From contig JAYVOF010000038.1 in NCBI GenBank assembly GCA_043758105.1, positions 864-64,863 on the forward strand: a stretch of 64,000 bases of DNA, given 5' to 3'. How positions within the stretch are numbered: the stretch's first letter is position 1; every line of letters begins with the position of its first letter. Both the position numbers and the translations under genes were made by a program. The notes under the pieces were generated by a model. It made no database searches. It saw nothing but the letters and a program-made list of their open reading frames with translations, and had not been told where the DNA came from. This document shows, in pieces, positions 1 through 9,166 of this stretch. This DNA is from Rhodospirillales bacterium. GTDB taxonomy: Bacteria; Pseudomonadota; Alphaproteobacteria; Acetobacterales; Acetobacteraceae.

Positions 1-2023
1 GCTCTTCGCGCAGCAGCAACGCGTGGTGGCTCGCTGTCCCCGTTTGCAGTGTCCCGTCCGCGGCAAGTTTCATGTAGCAATAGGCGGCGCCGCCCATCTC
101 CTCTTCGGCAAGTTTGCGCCATTTTAGCTCATCCTCGGTAAGCGTGACCTGACTCGCTGCAACACGGGCGGGATAGGCCTTGACGCAGCTCTCGCAGAAC
201 ACCGTTGTCGGGACGAATACCAAGGTCTTCATCCCAGCGCTCGCCGCCGCCGCCGCGATCGCGCCGCTAGTCTCATTGCCATTCGGGGTGACATACCAAT
301 TCCCGCCCTTGGCGCGGCCGTTTGAGAGCAGCCGTCGGTCTGCGAGCAATTGAAGCAGTGCATAATCGCGGCGGTCGGTAGTCGACCAAGTCTGAAGGAG
401 GCTGAACAGGCCGAAGGGTTGGGCGAGCAGCGCGTTCTTAACGCCAACCGGCGGCTGGTCGTGGTCGGGATAGTCGGTGCGCGCCTGGGCTAGCATCGAC
501 TTGAGCGCGGCGATCTGCTCGGCCGGATACACGACGCAGCCGCGCACCTGCCGGGTCGGATTCCAGCTCAGGTCGAGGGTCAGGCATGGCCGGCCAGTTA
601 GAAATTTGATCCAGCCGGCGATCTCCTCGGCGTTCTTCATCATCGCCGAGAGCAGGAGCAGGTCAGCGGCAGGCGCGACGCGGGTGAGGTTGAGGATGGC
701 AAGCATCGCATCGAGGCCGCGCCGGCTGCGGTCATCGTCGCGCGGATGCAGGAGGTGGCACTCGTCAAGGACGATCAGTGCGACATTGGCGAACGCGTCG
801 GGATCGACCGACAGCAGCATGAGGCAGCGTTCGGGTGTCATGACGGTGACCTCGCCAAGCACGACGACGTCGCCAGTTCCTACGTCCTCATCGACTTCGG
901 CAATGATGCTGTAGTCGCCGAACGTCCTCTTGAGCGAGCGCTGGGTCTGCCCGACCAGCGCATGGGTGGGCGCGAGGAATATCACCCGTTCGCCGCGCAG
1001 CAGCGCGGTGGCGATCTTCAGCTCGGCGAGCGTCGACTTGCCGCCACCGGTCGGAAAGCTGATTGCCGAGGAGATCCCCTGCTCGAGATAGCCCTTCGCA
1101 ATCGCCTCGCGATGATTGCGCCAGAGATAAGGCCTTTGGTGCGCCATCCGACGGAGCGTCTGCCACCAGCCATTCTCCTCAACGCCGCCCGGTGTGGGGG
1201 TGCGACCAAGCGCGGTGGTAAGGAGGTCGCCTTCAAGGCCGAGTAGGAGGTTGGCGAGATGCAACGGCCCTGGATAGAGGCTGAGCAGCTTCTCGCCGCT
1301 GACGCCGGCGCCGACGATCGGTTCGCTCGCCAGCGCGCGGACCTTGGCGAATAGCGTGCTCGAGGGCGGGGCGCCGCCGGCCTCAGGTGCAAGATCGACG
1401 CGCAACCGCAGCTGCCGAGCGAGACTGGTGACACCGCGCAAGAGCAGCAGGCGGAGCGCGTCGAGAGCGCGCAGGCCGAGGTCATCGCTTAGCAGATCGA
1501 TCTCGGGCTCTTGGGCAGCGACGACCTCGCCGAGCCGGCCCTGCGCGAGTCGGCGGACCGCAACGAGCAGCGCACGCTCGATTAAACCGGCATCAGAGGC
1601 GGGCACAATACGCTTGGCGGCCTCGGCCGCATCGGCATGCGCTTCGGCCAGCAGGAACAACAAAGTCGCGCAGACGTCTGAACTGACCGCGCCCATCTCG
1701 ACGTGGCTGCTCGCCTGGGCACCCCGGAGCGCCAAAGACACCGCTTGGTGCGCGGAGGCGGCGACGAATGCGGCCGAGGCGCGGTTCTCGCGGTTGGGCA
1801 GCAGCGCGACATAGATTTCATGAGCGGCGGCTATGCGGCGCAGTTCTGCGACCGTGGACGCTAAGCTCACGTCGTCCGGGTCGGCCGGTGCACCGCGCAG
1901 GCGGATGCGCGCCGAGACGATGTCGGCGAACGCTTCAGTCAGGCGCTTGGGCAGATTCTCAAGGTCGAGCCCCTCAAGAGGTGGCGCCGCGCGGATCAAG
2001 GCGGCCGTTGCCGGATCAAACAC
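1..2023 (-). CDS. SF2 DExH helicase, Hel308/Ski2-like (COG1204-type); HamB-like candidate; C-terminus lies beyond the left window edge
   Basis: This minus-strand frame has no stop before position 1, so it is absent from the ORF track. Hand translation gives YLWRNHREAIAKGYLEQGISSAISFPTGGGKSTLAELK (Walker A, about 1034-1060), VTVMTPER, ALIVLDECHLL (DExH, about 755-785), LLLSAMMKNAEEIAGWI (SAT-type motif III) and HHALLLREE at the edge. About 330 aa of unassigned N-terminal region precede motif I. An in-frame stop at 2048-2050 bounds the ORF. A candidate GTG start at 2021-2023 overlaps the upstream gene's stop (GTGTTTGA). Confidence 0.8.
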   Translation of the reverse strand, partial: MFDPATAALIRAAPPLEGLDLENLPKRLTEAFADIVSARIRLRGAPADPDDVSLASTVAELRRIAAAHEIYVALLPNRENRASAAFVAASAHQAVSLALRGAQASSHVEMGAVSSDVCATLLFLLAEAHADAAEAAKRIVPASDAGLIERALLVAVRRLAQGRLGEVVAAQEPEIDLLSDDLGLRALDALRLLLLRGVTSLARQLRLRVDLAPEAGGAPPSSTLFAKVRALASEPIVGAGVSGEKLLSLYPGPLHLANLLLGLEGDLLTTALGRTPTPGGVEENGWWQTLRRMAHQRPYLWRNHREAIAKGYLEQGISSAISFPTGGGKSTLAELKIATALLRGERVIFLAPTHALVGQTQRSLKRTFGDYSIIAEVDEDVGTGDVVVLGEVTVMTPERCLMLLSVDPDAFANVALIVLDECHLLHPRDDDRSRRGLDAMLAILNLTRVAPAADLLLLSAMMKNAEEIAGWIKFLTGRPCLTLDLSWNPTRQVRGCVVYPAEQIAALKSMLAQARTDYPDHDQPPVGVKNALLAQPFGLFSLLQTWSTTDRRDYALLQLLADRRLLSNGRAKGGNWYVTPNGNETSGAIAAAAASAGMKTLVFVPTTVFCESCVKAYPARVAASQVTLTEDELKWRKLAEEEMGGAAYCYMKLAADGTLQTGTASHHALLLREE

Positions 2024-2813
2024 CGCCGATTGCCGTAATTTTGCCGATTACGCGATCGGCGAACCCCTCCATCCAGCTTCGCAGCGCGGGCAGATAGATG
2101 GTGTCGGCGCGCCGGCGTGCCGCCGCACCAGGCGCGCTGTCGTCGAAGCCCTTGAATAGGCCGGCGCGGGCCGCCTCGTGATTGTGTGTGTCACCGATGG
2201 TGATGCTAATGCGGTAGTGTCGGACCTCGTGCCAGAGCGTGTTAGCGATGGCGCTGTCGAGGTCGAACCCCGGGTCGGCTGCGGCGTATGCATCGAGCAT
2301 GCCGCTCACTTCCTGGCTGAGCTCGTTCAGGCGCTCACCCCTCTCTAGCGCGACGATGCCCGGCCAGACATCGTCGCGAATGGTGTCCCGGGCGTTGTCG
2401 GTCGCCTTATCCTCGAAGACAACCACCGCGGTGATCGTCGTGCCCTCCGCGTTCAAATCGAGCTGCAACCCATCAAAGCCTTTGTCCGCCTTGCGGATGT
2501 GCGGCATCCGCGTGAGCGAGGCGGACGGCTGCTGATGCGCGGCGATCCACGAGATGGTCTGAAACAGCCAGCCGTCGCGGTGCCAGGGATCGGCTCCCGT
2601 TGTGAGCGTCAGCTGCTTGATCGCGGCATTGGCCTGTTCGGTATTGGCGATGGGTCCCGGGACACCCGCACCGCTCAGGATTTTCATGACATGGCGGTAC
2701 TGCCCCAGCACAATGCGTGCGACGCGCTCGGCGAGCAGATCCTCGTCCTCGATCGTCCAGGCCCAGCCATGGCAGAGCTCGCCATGATCGATTGGAATGA
2801 GTGTCAGGGTCAT
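2016..2813 (-). CDS. PD-(D/E)xK-like protein, HamA (DUF1837)-like candidate
   Basis: The ORF track gives 2016..2969, but the first ~50 codons overlap the integrase remnant, so the ATG at 2811-2813 (MTLTLIPIDHGE...) is preferred. It has a D...ExK arrangement (ADKGFDGLQLD ... AVVVFEDKATDN). At about 265 aa it sits directly upstream of, and overlaps the start of, a Hel308-like helicase, as in hamA-hamB. Confidence 0.5.
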   Translation of the reverse strand: MTLTLIPIDHGELCHGWAWTIEDEDLLAERVARIVLGQYRHVMKILSGAGVPGPIANTEQANAAIKQLTLTTGADPWHRDGWLFQTISWIAAHQQPSASLTRMPHIRKADKGFDGLQLDLNAEGTTITAVVVFEDKATDNARDTIRDDVWPGIVALERGERLNELSQEVSGMLDAYAAADPGFDLDSAIANTLWHEVRHYRISITIGDTHNHEAARAGLFKGFDDSAPGAAARRRADTIYLPALRSWMEGFADRVIGKITAIGGV

Positions 2814-2931
2814 CGAATCTCTGGACCAGCGGCTTGTGCTAGCGGCTGAGGCGAGCCAAACAGCAGTCGCCATTCGTGCGAGCGGCCTAGATGAGGCACA
2901 AAGCGGAATTGCGCTGCCAAAACTCTCGGCT

Positions 2932-3937
2932 TCAAAGGCCAACCTTCCCCGAGGGACTCGCATTTCCAAGTTTAGCTCGTCGCACGTAGGTTCGCATGGA
3001 CGTTAAACTTCGGTGGCGAGTGTGGCCCATGATCTCTTCGTCGGGCACTCCGCTGCGGTAGGCTGCAGTGACAAAGCCGGCTCGCAATCCATGTGGGCTG
3101 TGACTGGCTCAGCCCAGGTGTTCGTGATCCCCGCCTGACCCGCGCGCTTGACTAGGATCTGGCGAACAGCGCCGGAAGTCAGTCGACCCTGCTCTACCGC
3201 CCCGCCGCGGTTCACCTTCCGAAAGACGGGCCCGTCGTCAATCCCGGCCTTGGTCAGCCATTCATGAAGAGCGGTCACCGGGCATGTCTCGACCGCTTTG
3301 CCGCGGCTGATGCCGATACGGGCGCCGGCCCCCTCGGCGTCCGTCTTCGAACGCGTGATCAAGAGCACGAGCCCGTCCTCCGTCCAGGTGAGGTCGGCGA
3401 CGTTCATGCCGACCAGTTCCGAACGGCGCAGGGCACCTGCGAAGCCGACGAGGAAGAGGGCACGGTCGCGAGTTCCCGCAAGCGTAATACCGCAGGCTCG
3501 GACCAGCTTGCGCATGTCGGCGATGGTGAGAGCGGCTGAGCGACGTGGTGGTGTCCCGTGCTTGCGACCGATGCCGCGCAGAGTTTCACGGATGGCGGGT
3601 GCTTGGTGTCGAGCGGGTGTCCGGCGATGCCACACGCACGGGCGATCGCGGCAACGCGGCGGCGAAGTGTTGGCAGCGCGTAACCTTCGCCAGCGGCGGC
3701 GAGGTAGGCGCCAATGACTTAGGGTGTGGCGGGCATAGGCTTGAAGCTGTGCTTGCTGCACCAGGCGTTGAAGTTTGCCAAGTCTGTGGCCTAGGCTTTG
3801 ATGGTCGCAGGCGCGTCGGATGCGTCCTGATAGGCCTTTGATTTGGCTAGAGCCATAGCGGCCCGTGGTGTTGGGGCATCTTCGCCGCGGGGCTTGGCCG
3901 GCGGCCGGGCCGGGAGCGTGGTTACGGACTTCGTCAT
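2932..3937 (-). pseudogene. tyrosine recombinase / phage-type integrase, decayed
   Basis: Hand translation from the ATG at 3935-3937 gives MTKSVTTLPARPPAKP...ATIKA*ATDLANFNAWCSKHSFKPMPATP*VIGAYLAAAGEGYALPTLRRRVAAIARACGIAGHPLDTKHP. There are in-frame stops: TAG at 3791-3793 and TAA at 3719-3721. A frameshift near 3590 leads into the ORF-track frame (AIRETLRGIGRKHG...RDRALFLVGFAGALRRSEL...). A second frameshift near 3090 separates the catalytic C-terminus (HGLRAGFVTAAYRSGVPDEEIMGHTRHRSLTTMRTYV), which ends at TGA 2932-2934. Confidence 0.85.
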
Positions 3938-4393
3938 TGTGAAATCCTCGTAGCACGAAGCCATCCACATAAGCGACGATAATATCCATTACAGCTTCTT
4001 AAGCGTTGATAAGTAGTAGGATGCGCCAGTTGGTCCTAAGAACTGTGGGCCGGCCTTGAGATCGGTCCCTCGCTAGGGTTCTAGACCGAGCATGACCGTG
4101 GCTTTACCTCTTTCAAACAGGAGGAACCGCCGGGAAGTCCGATTGTGGCTATCCCAGCCTTCTCGATCGAAACGCGATCGGTGTGATTTCGCAGGATCAG
4201 AAAGGTCCGCTTTCGGGCGACCGCGTCCAGCCCGTTAATGGCGGAGATTAAGCGCAAACCGGATATTGTAAAATCAATCATGGTTCTGCTGCAAAGTCGG
4301 CGTTTACCCGACCTCGAAGCAGGCCCTCGCCACAAAGCACAAGCACGCTGACATCAGCACCGCCAGCGCCTATCTTGAGGCAGGAGGCGTGCG

Positions 4394-4852
4394 ATGCCGG
4401 ATAGTTTGTATGACCGGGACATCCTGAGCTGGTCCGAACAGCAGGCCGCCCTGCTACGCCGGCTCGCGCGGGGTGAGCGGGTGAATGCGGCCGTGGACTG
4501 GGACAATTTGATCGACGAGGTCGAGACCGTGGGCCGTACTGAACTCCGCGCCTGCGAAGGTCTGCTTTACCAGGCGTTGCTTCACTTACTAAAGCTACGT
4601 TTCGGTCTCGATCCGCAGCCGAAGGCGCACTGGGCCAACGAGACCGAGACGTTCTTGGATGGCGCTCAGCGGGCGTTCACGCCGTCGATGCGCCACCGCG
4701 TGATGCTGCAAACCGAATACGCCCGTGCCCGGCGGAAATGTCTAAGGGTGCTGAACCCGGAAACACAGATTTCGCAAGCCTGTCCCTACAACTTGGATGA
4801 TTTGCTCGACCCCGATGCCGACCTGGATCGTCTGCTGTCCAAATTAGATTAA
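4394..4852 (+). CDS. DUF29 domain protein
   Basis: The N-terminus MPDSLYDRDILSWSEQQAALLRR...DWDNLIDEVETVGRTELRACEGLLYQALLHLLKL matches the characteristic DUF29 pattern (YExDxxxWxxxQAxLLR...NLIEEIExxGRSE). Confidence 0.75.
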   Translation: MPDSLYDRDILSWSEQQAALLRRLARGERVNAAVDWDNLIDEVETVGRTELRACEGLLYQALLHLLKLRFGLDPQPKAHWANETETFLDGAQRAFTPSMRHRVMLQTEYARARRKCLRVLNPETQISQACPYNLDDLLDPDADLDRLLSKLD

Positions 4853-4865
4853 CCGGAGACCCCCC

Positions 4866-6344
4866 ATGCTCAACCAGACCGCCCCCCTGCCGCTGCACGA
4901 CCCGAGCCTATTTCGCCAAGCCTGCCATATCGATGGCAAGTGGATCGAGGCGGATAACGGTGCCACGCTCACCGTCCGCAACCCCGCCACCGGCGACATC
5001 ATCGGCACCGTGCCCGCCCTGGGTGCGGCGGAAACGCGGCGCGCGATCGAGGCGGCGCACCGGGCGCAGCCGGCGTGGCGGAACAGGCTGGCCAAGGAGC
5101 GGGCGGCCATTCTGCGCCGCCTGTTCAACCTCATGATCGAGAATACCGACGACCTCGCCCTCATCATGACCGCCGAGCAGGGCAAGCCGCTGGCGGAAAG
5201 CAAGGGTGAGATCGCCTATGCCGCGTCGTTCATCGAGTGGTTCGCCGAGGAAGGTAAGCGCATCTATGGCGACATGGTGCCGCAAAACCAGCAGGGCCGC
5301 CGCATTCTGGTGATGAAGGAGCCCATCGGCGTGTTCGCTGCCATCACGCCGTGGAACTTCCCGGCGGCGATGATCACGCGCAAAGCCGGGCCGGGCTGGG
5401 CGGCGGGCTGCACCGGGGTGATCCGGCCCGCGAGCCAGACGCCGTTTTCCGCGCTGGCCCTCGCCGTCTTGGCCGAGCGCGCGGGCATGCCGGCCGGGGT
5501 GTGCAACGTCATCACCGGGCCATCGGGGCCGGTGGGCGGTGAGCTCACGTCCAATCCGCTGGTGCGGAAGCTCACGTTTACGGGCTCCACCGAGGTCGGG
5601 GTCAAGCTGCTGGCGCAGATCGCGCCCACAGTGAAGAAGGCCAGCATGGAGCTGGGCGGCAACGCGCCGTTCATCGTGTTCGATGACGCGGATTTGGACC
5701 AGGCGGTGATCGGGGCCATGGCCAGCAAGTTCAGGAACGCCGGGCAGACCTGCGTGTGCGCGAACCGGTTGCTGGTTCAGGCCGGCGTGTATGAGGCGTT
5801 CACGGCCAAGCTGAAAGTCGCCGTCGCTGCCTTGCGCGTCGGCAACGGCATGGAGCCCGGCGTCACCCAAGGGCCCATGATCAACCAGGACGCGGTCGCG
5901 AAGGTCGAGGCGCATATCTCGGACGCGCTCGCACGCGGCGCGCATGTGGCCCTGGGCGGCAAGCGGCACGCGCTGGGCGGCAATTTCTTCGAGCCGACCA
6001 TCCTCACCGACGTGCCACGGACCGCGGATATTTTTCGGGAGGAGACGTTCGGCCCCGCCGCCGCGCTGTTTCGCTTCGAGACCGAGGCGGAGGCGATCGA
6101 GATGGCCAACGACACCGAATTCGGCCTTGCCGCGTATTTCTACAGCCGGGACGTGGGCCGCATCTTCCGCGTGGCGGAAGCGCTGGAATACGGCATCGTT
6201 GGCGTGAACGAGGGCATCATCAGCACCGAGGTGGCCCCCTTCGGCGGGGTAAAATCTTCCGGCCTCGGACGGGAGGGCGGTAAATACGGCATCGAGGACT
6301 ATCTCGAGATCAAATATGTGGCCCTAGGAGGCATCGGCGCGTGA
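4866..6344 (+). CDS. gabD: succinate-semialdehyde dehydrogenase (NAD(P)+)
   Basis: 492 aa aldehyde dehydrogenase. It has the GabD-type N-terminus (CHIDGKWIEADNGATLTVRNPATGDIIGTVP), FTGSTEVG, MELGGNAP and EETFGP motifs. Confidence 0.85.
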   Translation: MLNQTAPLPLHDPSLFRQACHIDGKWIEADNGATLTVRNPATGDIIGTVPALGAAETRRAIEAAHRAQPAWRNRLAKERAAILRRLFNLMIENTDDLALIMTAEQGKPLAESKGEIAYAASFIEWFAEEGKRIYGDMVPQNQQGRRILVMKEPIGVFAAITPWNFPAAMITRKAGPGWAAGCTGVIRPASQTPFSALALAVLAERAGMPAGVCNVITGPSGPVGGELTSNPLVRKLTFTGSTEVGVKLLAQIAPTVKKASMELGGNAPFIVFDDADLDQAVIGAMASKFRNAGQTCVCANRLLVQAGVYEAFTAKLKVAVAALRVGNGMEPGVTQGPMINQDAVAKVEAHISDALARGAHVALGGKRHALGGNFFEPTILTDVPRTADIFREETFGPAAALFRFETEAEAIEMANDTEFGLAAYFYSRDVGRIFRVAEALEYGIVGVNEGIISTEVAPFGGVKSSGLGREGGKYGIEDYLEIKYVALGGIGA

Positions 6345-7720
6345 CGTATGACTATGATCTGTTCGTGATCGGTGGCGGCTCCGGGGGCGTCCGGTGCGCC
6401 CGGATTGCCGCCGGGCACGGGGCGCGGGTGGGTATTGCCGAGAATGCGCAATGGGGCGGCACCTGCGTGAACCTCGGCTGCGTGCCGAAGAAGATGATGG
6501 TGCAGGCGGCAGAGTATGGCCGGCTGGCGGAGGATTCACGCGGTTTCGGCTGGAATACCGTGCCCGGCGCGCACGACTGGTCGGCGCTGATTGCCACCAA
6601 GGACGCCGACCTTGCCCGCCTCCGCGGCACCTATCACAGCCTGCTGGCCGGTAGCGGCGTGGTGATGCACGAAGCCCGCGCCAGGTTTACCGGGCCGCAT
6701 ACGTTGGATGTCGGCGGCTCGGTGGTCACCGCCGAACGCATCGTCATCGCCACTGGAGGCACCCCGCTGATCCAGCCGCCGATCGAGGGCATGGAGCTCG
6801 GCATCGTCTCGGACCAGGCGTTCTCGCTACCAGCATTGCCCAAGCGCGTGCTGATGGTCGGCGGCGGCTATATCGGCATCGAGTTCGCTGGCATTTTCCA
6901 TGGCTTGGGTGCGGCGGTGGACGTGGTCTATCGCCAGCCCTTGCCCCTGCGCGGCTTCGACGAGGAAATCCGTCAGGCCCTGGCCGATTCGATGGTCGCG
7001 GACGGAGTGCGTCTCCATTGCAGCCAGACGGTGCACAAGATCACCGCCCGAGGCGACGCGCGGCACGTGATCCTGACCAATGGCCACGAGCTGGAGGTGG
7101 ATTTGGTGTTCTTCGCCGTCGGCCGCGCGCCAAAGACCGCCGGCCTCGGCCTCGAGCACGCCGGGGTGAAGACGGACGCAAAGGGGGCGGTGGTGGTGGA
7201 TACGGAGTTCACGACGAGCGCCGCGCATATCTTCGCCATCGGCGATGTATCCAACAAGCTGAACCTCACCCCGGTCGCGATCGCCGAGGGCCACCATCTG
7301 GCGGACCGGCTGTATGGTCCCGGGCGTCCCCGGACCTGGCAAATGAACCCGGTCGCCACCGCCGTGTTCAGCAACCCGCCCATCGCCACCATCGGCCTCA
7401 CCGAAACGGAGGCCGCACTGCGGGGACCCACGGACATTTACACCGCTCATTTCAAGCCGATGCGCCACGTCCTGTCCGGCCGCAACCGCCGCACGTTCAT
7501 AAAGATGGTGGTGGACCAGGCCAGCCAGCGCGTGCTGGGCGTACACCTGCTGGGCGACGACGTGCCGGAGATGATGCAGGGCATCGGCGTGGCGCTGACC
7601 GCCGGTGCCACGAAACAGGATTTCGACCGCACCATCGGCATCCATCCCACGAGTGCGGAGGAGTTCGTCACCCTGCGCACCCGCACACGCGAGGTGGGCC
7701 TGGCGCAGGCGGCGGAGTAA
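6341..7720 (+). CDS. gor: glutathione-disulfide reductase
   Basis: YDYDLFVIGGGSGGVRCARIAA...GGTCVNLGCVPKK redox-active disulfide motif and a C-terminal HPTSAEEFVT dimerisation motif. The GTG start overlaps the gabD stop (GTGA). Confidence 0.85.
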   Translation: MTYDYDLFVIGGGSGGVRCARIAAGHGARVGIAENAQWGGTCVNLGCVPKKMMVQAAEYGRLAEDSRGFGWNTVPGAHDWSALIATKDADLARLRGTYHSLLAGSGVVMHEARARFTGPHTLDVGGSVVTAERIVIATGGTPLIQPPIEGMELGIVSDQAFSLPALPKRVLMVGGGYIGIEFAGIFHGLGAAVDVVYRQPLPLRGFDEEIRQALADSMVADGVRLHCSQTVHKITARGDARHVILTNGHELEVDLVFFAVGRAPKTAGLGLEHAGVKTDAKGAVVVDTEFTTSAAHIFAIGDVSNKLNLTPVAIAEGHHLADRLYGPGRPRTWQMNPVATAVFSNPPIATIGLTETEAALRGPTDIYTAHFKPMRHVLSGRNRRTFIKMVVDQASQRVLGVHLLGDDVPEMMQGIGVALTAGATKQDFDRTIGIHPTSAEEFVTLRTRTREVGLAQAAE

Positions 7721-7727
7721 CCTCCTT

Positions 7728-7744
7728 CCCCCTCTCCCTCCGGG
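7728..7744 (+). repeat. family-1 palindromic repeat, left half (interrupted by the IS)
   Basis: CCCCCTCTCCCTCCGGG is identical to the first 17 nt of the family consensus and abuts the IS left end. Confidence 0.7.
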
Positions 7745-9166
7745 CTAGCGGATTCACACATCAATGAGTGAGCCCCAAAACGGAGCGGGATCGTCTGCCG
7801 GCTTGGAATTCGAGCCATCCAGCCAGCATCACAGCTGGGCCGGGTTTGCCATAATAGCCGGTCCAGCCTCCAAGCCGTGCGCAAACCCAGCTCGCATAGG
7901 CCAGCGATCCTTTGGGATGAGGGTTCTTTTGCCGCGCAGTCTTGCCCTCCAGATGGGCTGTGTAGGCTTCAAGCAAGGGCAGGTCCTCGGGTTCGAACAC
8001 GTCTGTGCACGGGCGCAACACGGGTTGGTCGCCGTCACGGGCATGGACCAGCTGCTGCACCGTGACAGCCGCCACCAGCGCCGCCGTCACCAGCTTCTCG
8101 CGCGGGGGCGGTTCTTCGATACGAATACCCTCAATATCAAAGCCTTGCGTCTTCATCGTGCGAAACAGCTGCTCGATCCCCCAGCGCTTGCGATACTGAT
8201 CAACCACCCGCCACGCCTCAACCGGGTCATCGACGGCCTGGGTCGTCAGCAGCCGCCAATGCACCGCCGGCTGGCCCGGCACCGGGCTGGTTTCGCAGAC
8301 ATCGATCACCTGAACCTGCACCGATGCCGCAAGCCCGGTGCGCACGCCGGCCTTGGGCCGGGCCAGGTTCATGGTGGCGAAGCGCAGCGCAAGCGTCGCC
8401 GTCCGGCGGGGGCGGCCCGGGCGTGCGGGCAGATCGAGCGTCGCGCGCCCGGCCTCCGGCAGCGCATCGAGGCGCCCGAACAGCGTGCCGCCATCGTCCA
8501 GGCTACGGTCTTGCGCGGCGCGCACCAGCAAATCCGCCCCATCGGGACGCAGTGCGAACGCCTCGAAAATATCGCTCTCGCGGTCAGCAACCACCGTCAG
8601 GCCTTCGGCCTCTGCACAGACCGTGGCGGCCTGATCGGCGCCTTGCAGCCAGCGAAAGCTCTCTTTCTCCTCGATCGCGGTGTCGCGCCGGGTCGCCCTG
8701 CGCCCGGCGTCGCGCTGCAGAAATTGGGCGTCGATCAGGCCAAGCAGCGTGCCGTCGCCGGCGTCCACGGCAATGACAACATGCAGGTAATGCCCGCCGC
8801 CGCCTTCAGGCCGGATGACGGTGGTGTCCTGGATCGCCAACACAGGGCGGCCCTTGCAGCGCAGGGCTGTGCGCGCAGCCTGCTCGGCGACCATCTCCTC
8901 GATTGTAACGGCAGGGTTGCGCAAAAACCGGCTCAGCCGAACTTCACCCGCCCGAGTGCCACCCAGCCGCCGGACGCGCACGCCACGGCCGCCGACAGCG
9001 AAAAGACGGCCCAGAAGAAAGGCCCCCTTTTTCCAGGCGGCGGTCCCCAAACCGCCCCAGCGACAGCTCCATCGATATGATCCGTCATGATAGTGGAAGC
9101 GGATCCAATGATCACAGAGAATCAGACCTTTGAGCCCGGTTCAAGGACGATGTGTGCATGCAGTAG
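7745..9166 (-). mobile_element. IS4-family insertion sequence (Tn5/IS50-like transposase), about 1.42 kb
   Basis: The imperfect terminal inverted repeats CTAGCGGATTCACACATC (7745-7762) and the reverse complement of 9149-9166 (CTACTGCATGCACACATC) match 14/18 by hand. A single DDE transposase ORF ends 16 nt from the left IR. Boundaries are uncertain by a few nt (see finding). Confidence 0.7.
7761..9050 (-). CDS. IS4-family DDE transposase
   Basis: The DDE triad context is present: LAIQDTT, VVADRESD and YRKRWGIEQLFRTMKTQGF (the Y-(2)-R-(3)-E-(6)-K signature of IS4/IS50). The track start is a TTG, so the true start is uncertain. Confidence 0.85.
   Translation of the reverse strand: MGTAAWKKGAFLLGRLFAVGGRGVRVRRLGGTRAGEVRLSRFLRNPAVTIEEMVAEQAARTALRCKGRPVLAIQDTTVIRPEGGGGHYLHVVIAVDAGDGTLLGLIDAQFLQRDAGRRATRRDTAIEEKESFRWLQGADQAATVCAEAEGLTVVADRESDIFEAFALRPDGADLLVRAAQDRSLDDGGTLFGRLDALPEAGRATLDLPARPGRPRRTATLALRFATMNLARPKAGVRTGLAASVQVQVIDVCETSPVPGQPAVHWRLLTTQAVDDPVEAWRVVDQYRKRWGIEQLFRTMKTQGFDIEGIRIEEPPPREKLVTAALVAAVTVQQLVHARDGDQPVLRPCTDVFEPEDLPLLEAYTAHLEGKTARQKNPHPKGSLAYASWVCARLGGWTGYYGKPGPAVMLAGWLEFQAGRRSRSVLGLTH

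Noticed and set aside
2814-2969. The N-terminal 52 codons of track ORF 2016..2969.
   Set aside because: This segment is the 3' end of the integrase pseudogene read in another frame, where the true frame gives GHTRHRSLTTMRTYV. The HamA-like gene most likely starts at 2813 (or possibly 2873).
3938-4393. An AT-richer orphan stretch containing an 84-aa minus ORF (4081..4335) between the integrase remnant and the DUF29 gene. It was examined as a possible excisionase gene, att site or tRNA fragment.
   Set aside because: There is no helix-turn-helix/AlpA-like pattern, no tRNA-like fold and no repeat matching the other island flank within the window. It is probably decayed island DNA, but I cannot assign anything.
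7764-9080. Long ORFs antisense to, or out of frame with, confidently identified genes. Examples: 7764..9080 (+), 38549..40012 (+), 30035..31411 (+), 19655..21202 (-), 62180..63730 (-), 54584..56581 (-), 49301..50767 (-), 31606..32694 (-), 35946..36911 (-), 14613..15650 (-), 4908..5969 (-), 42380..43645 (+).
   Set aside because: Their translations are Arg/Ala/Gly/Pro-rich low-complexity text with no recognisable motifs. Each fully overlaps a gene with clear family signatures. This is typical shadow-ORF behaviour in high-GC DNA.
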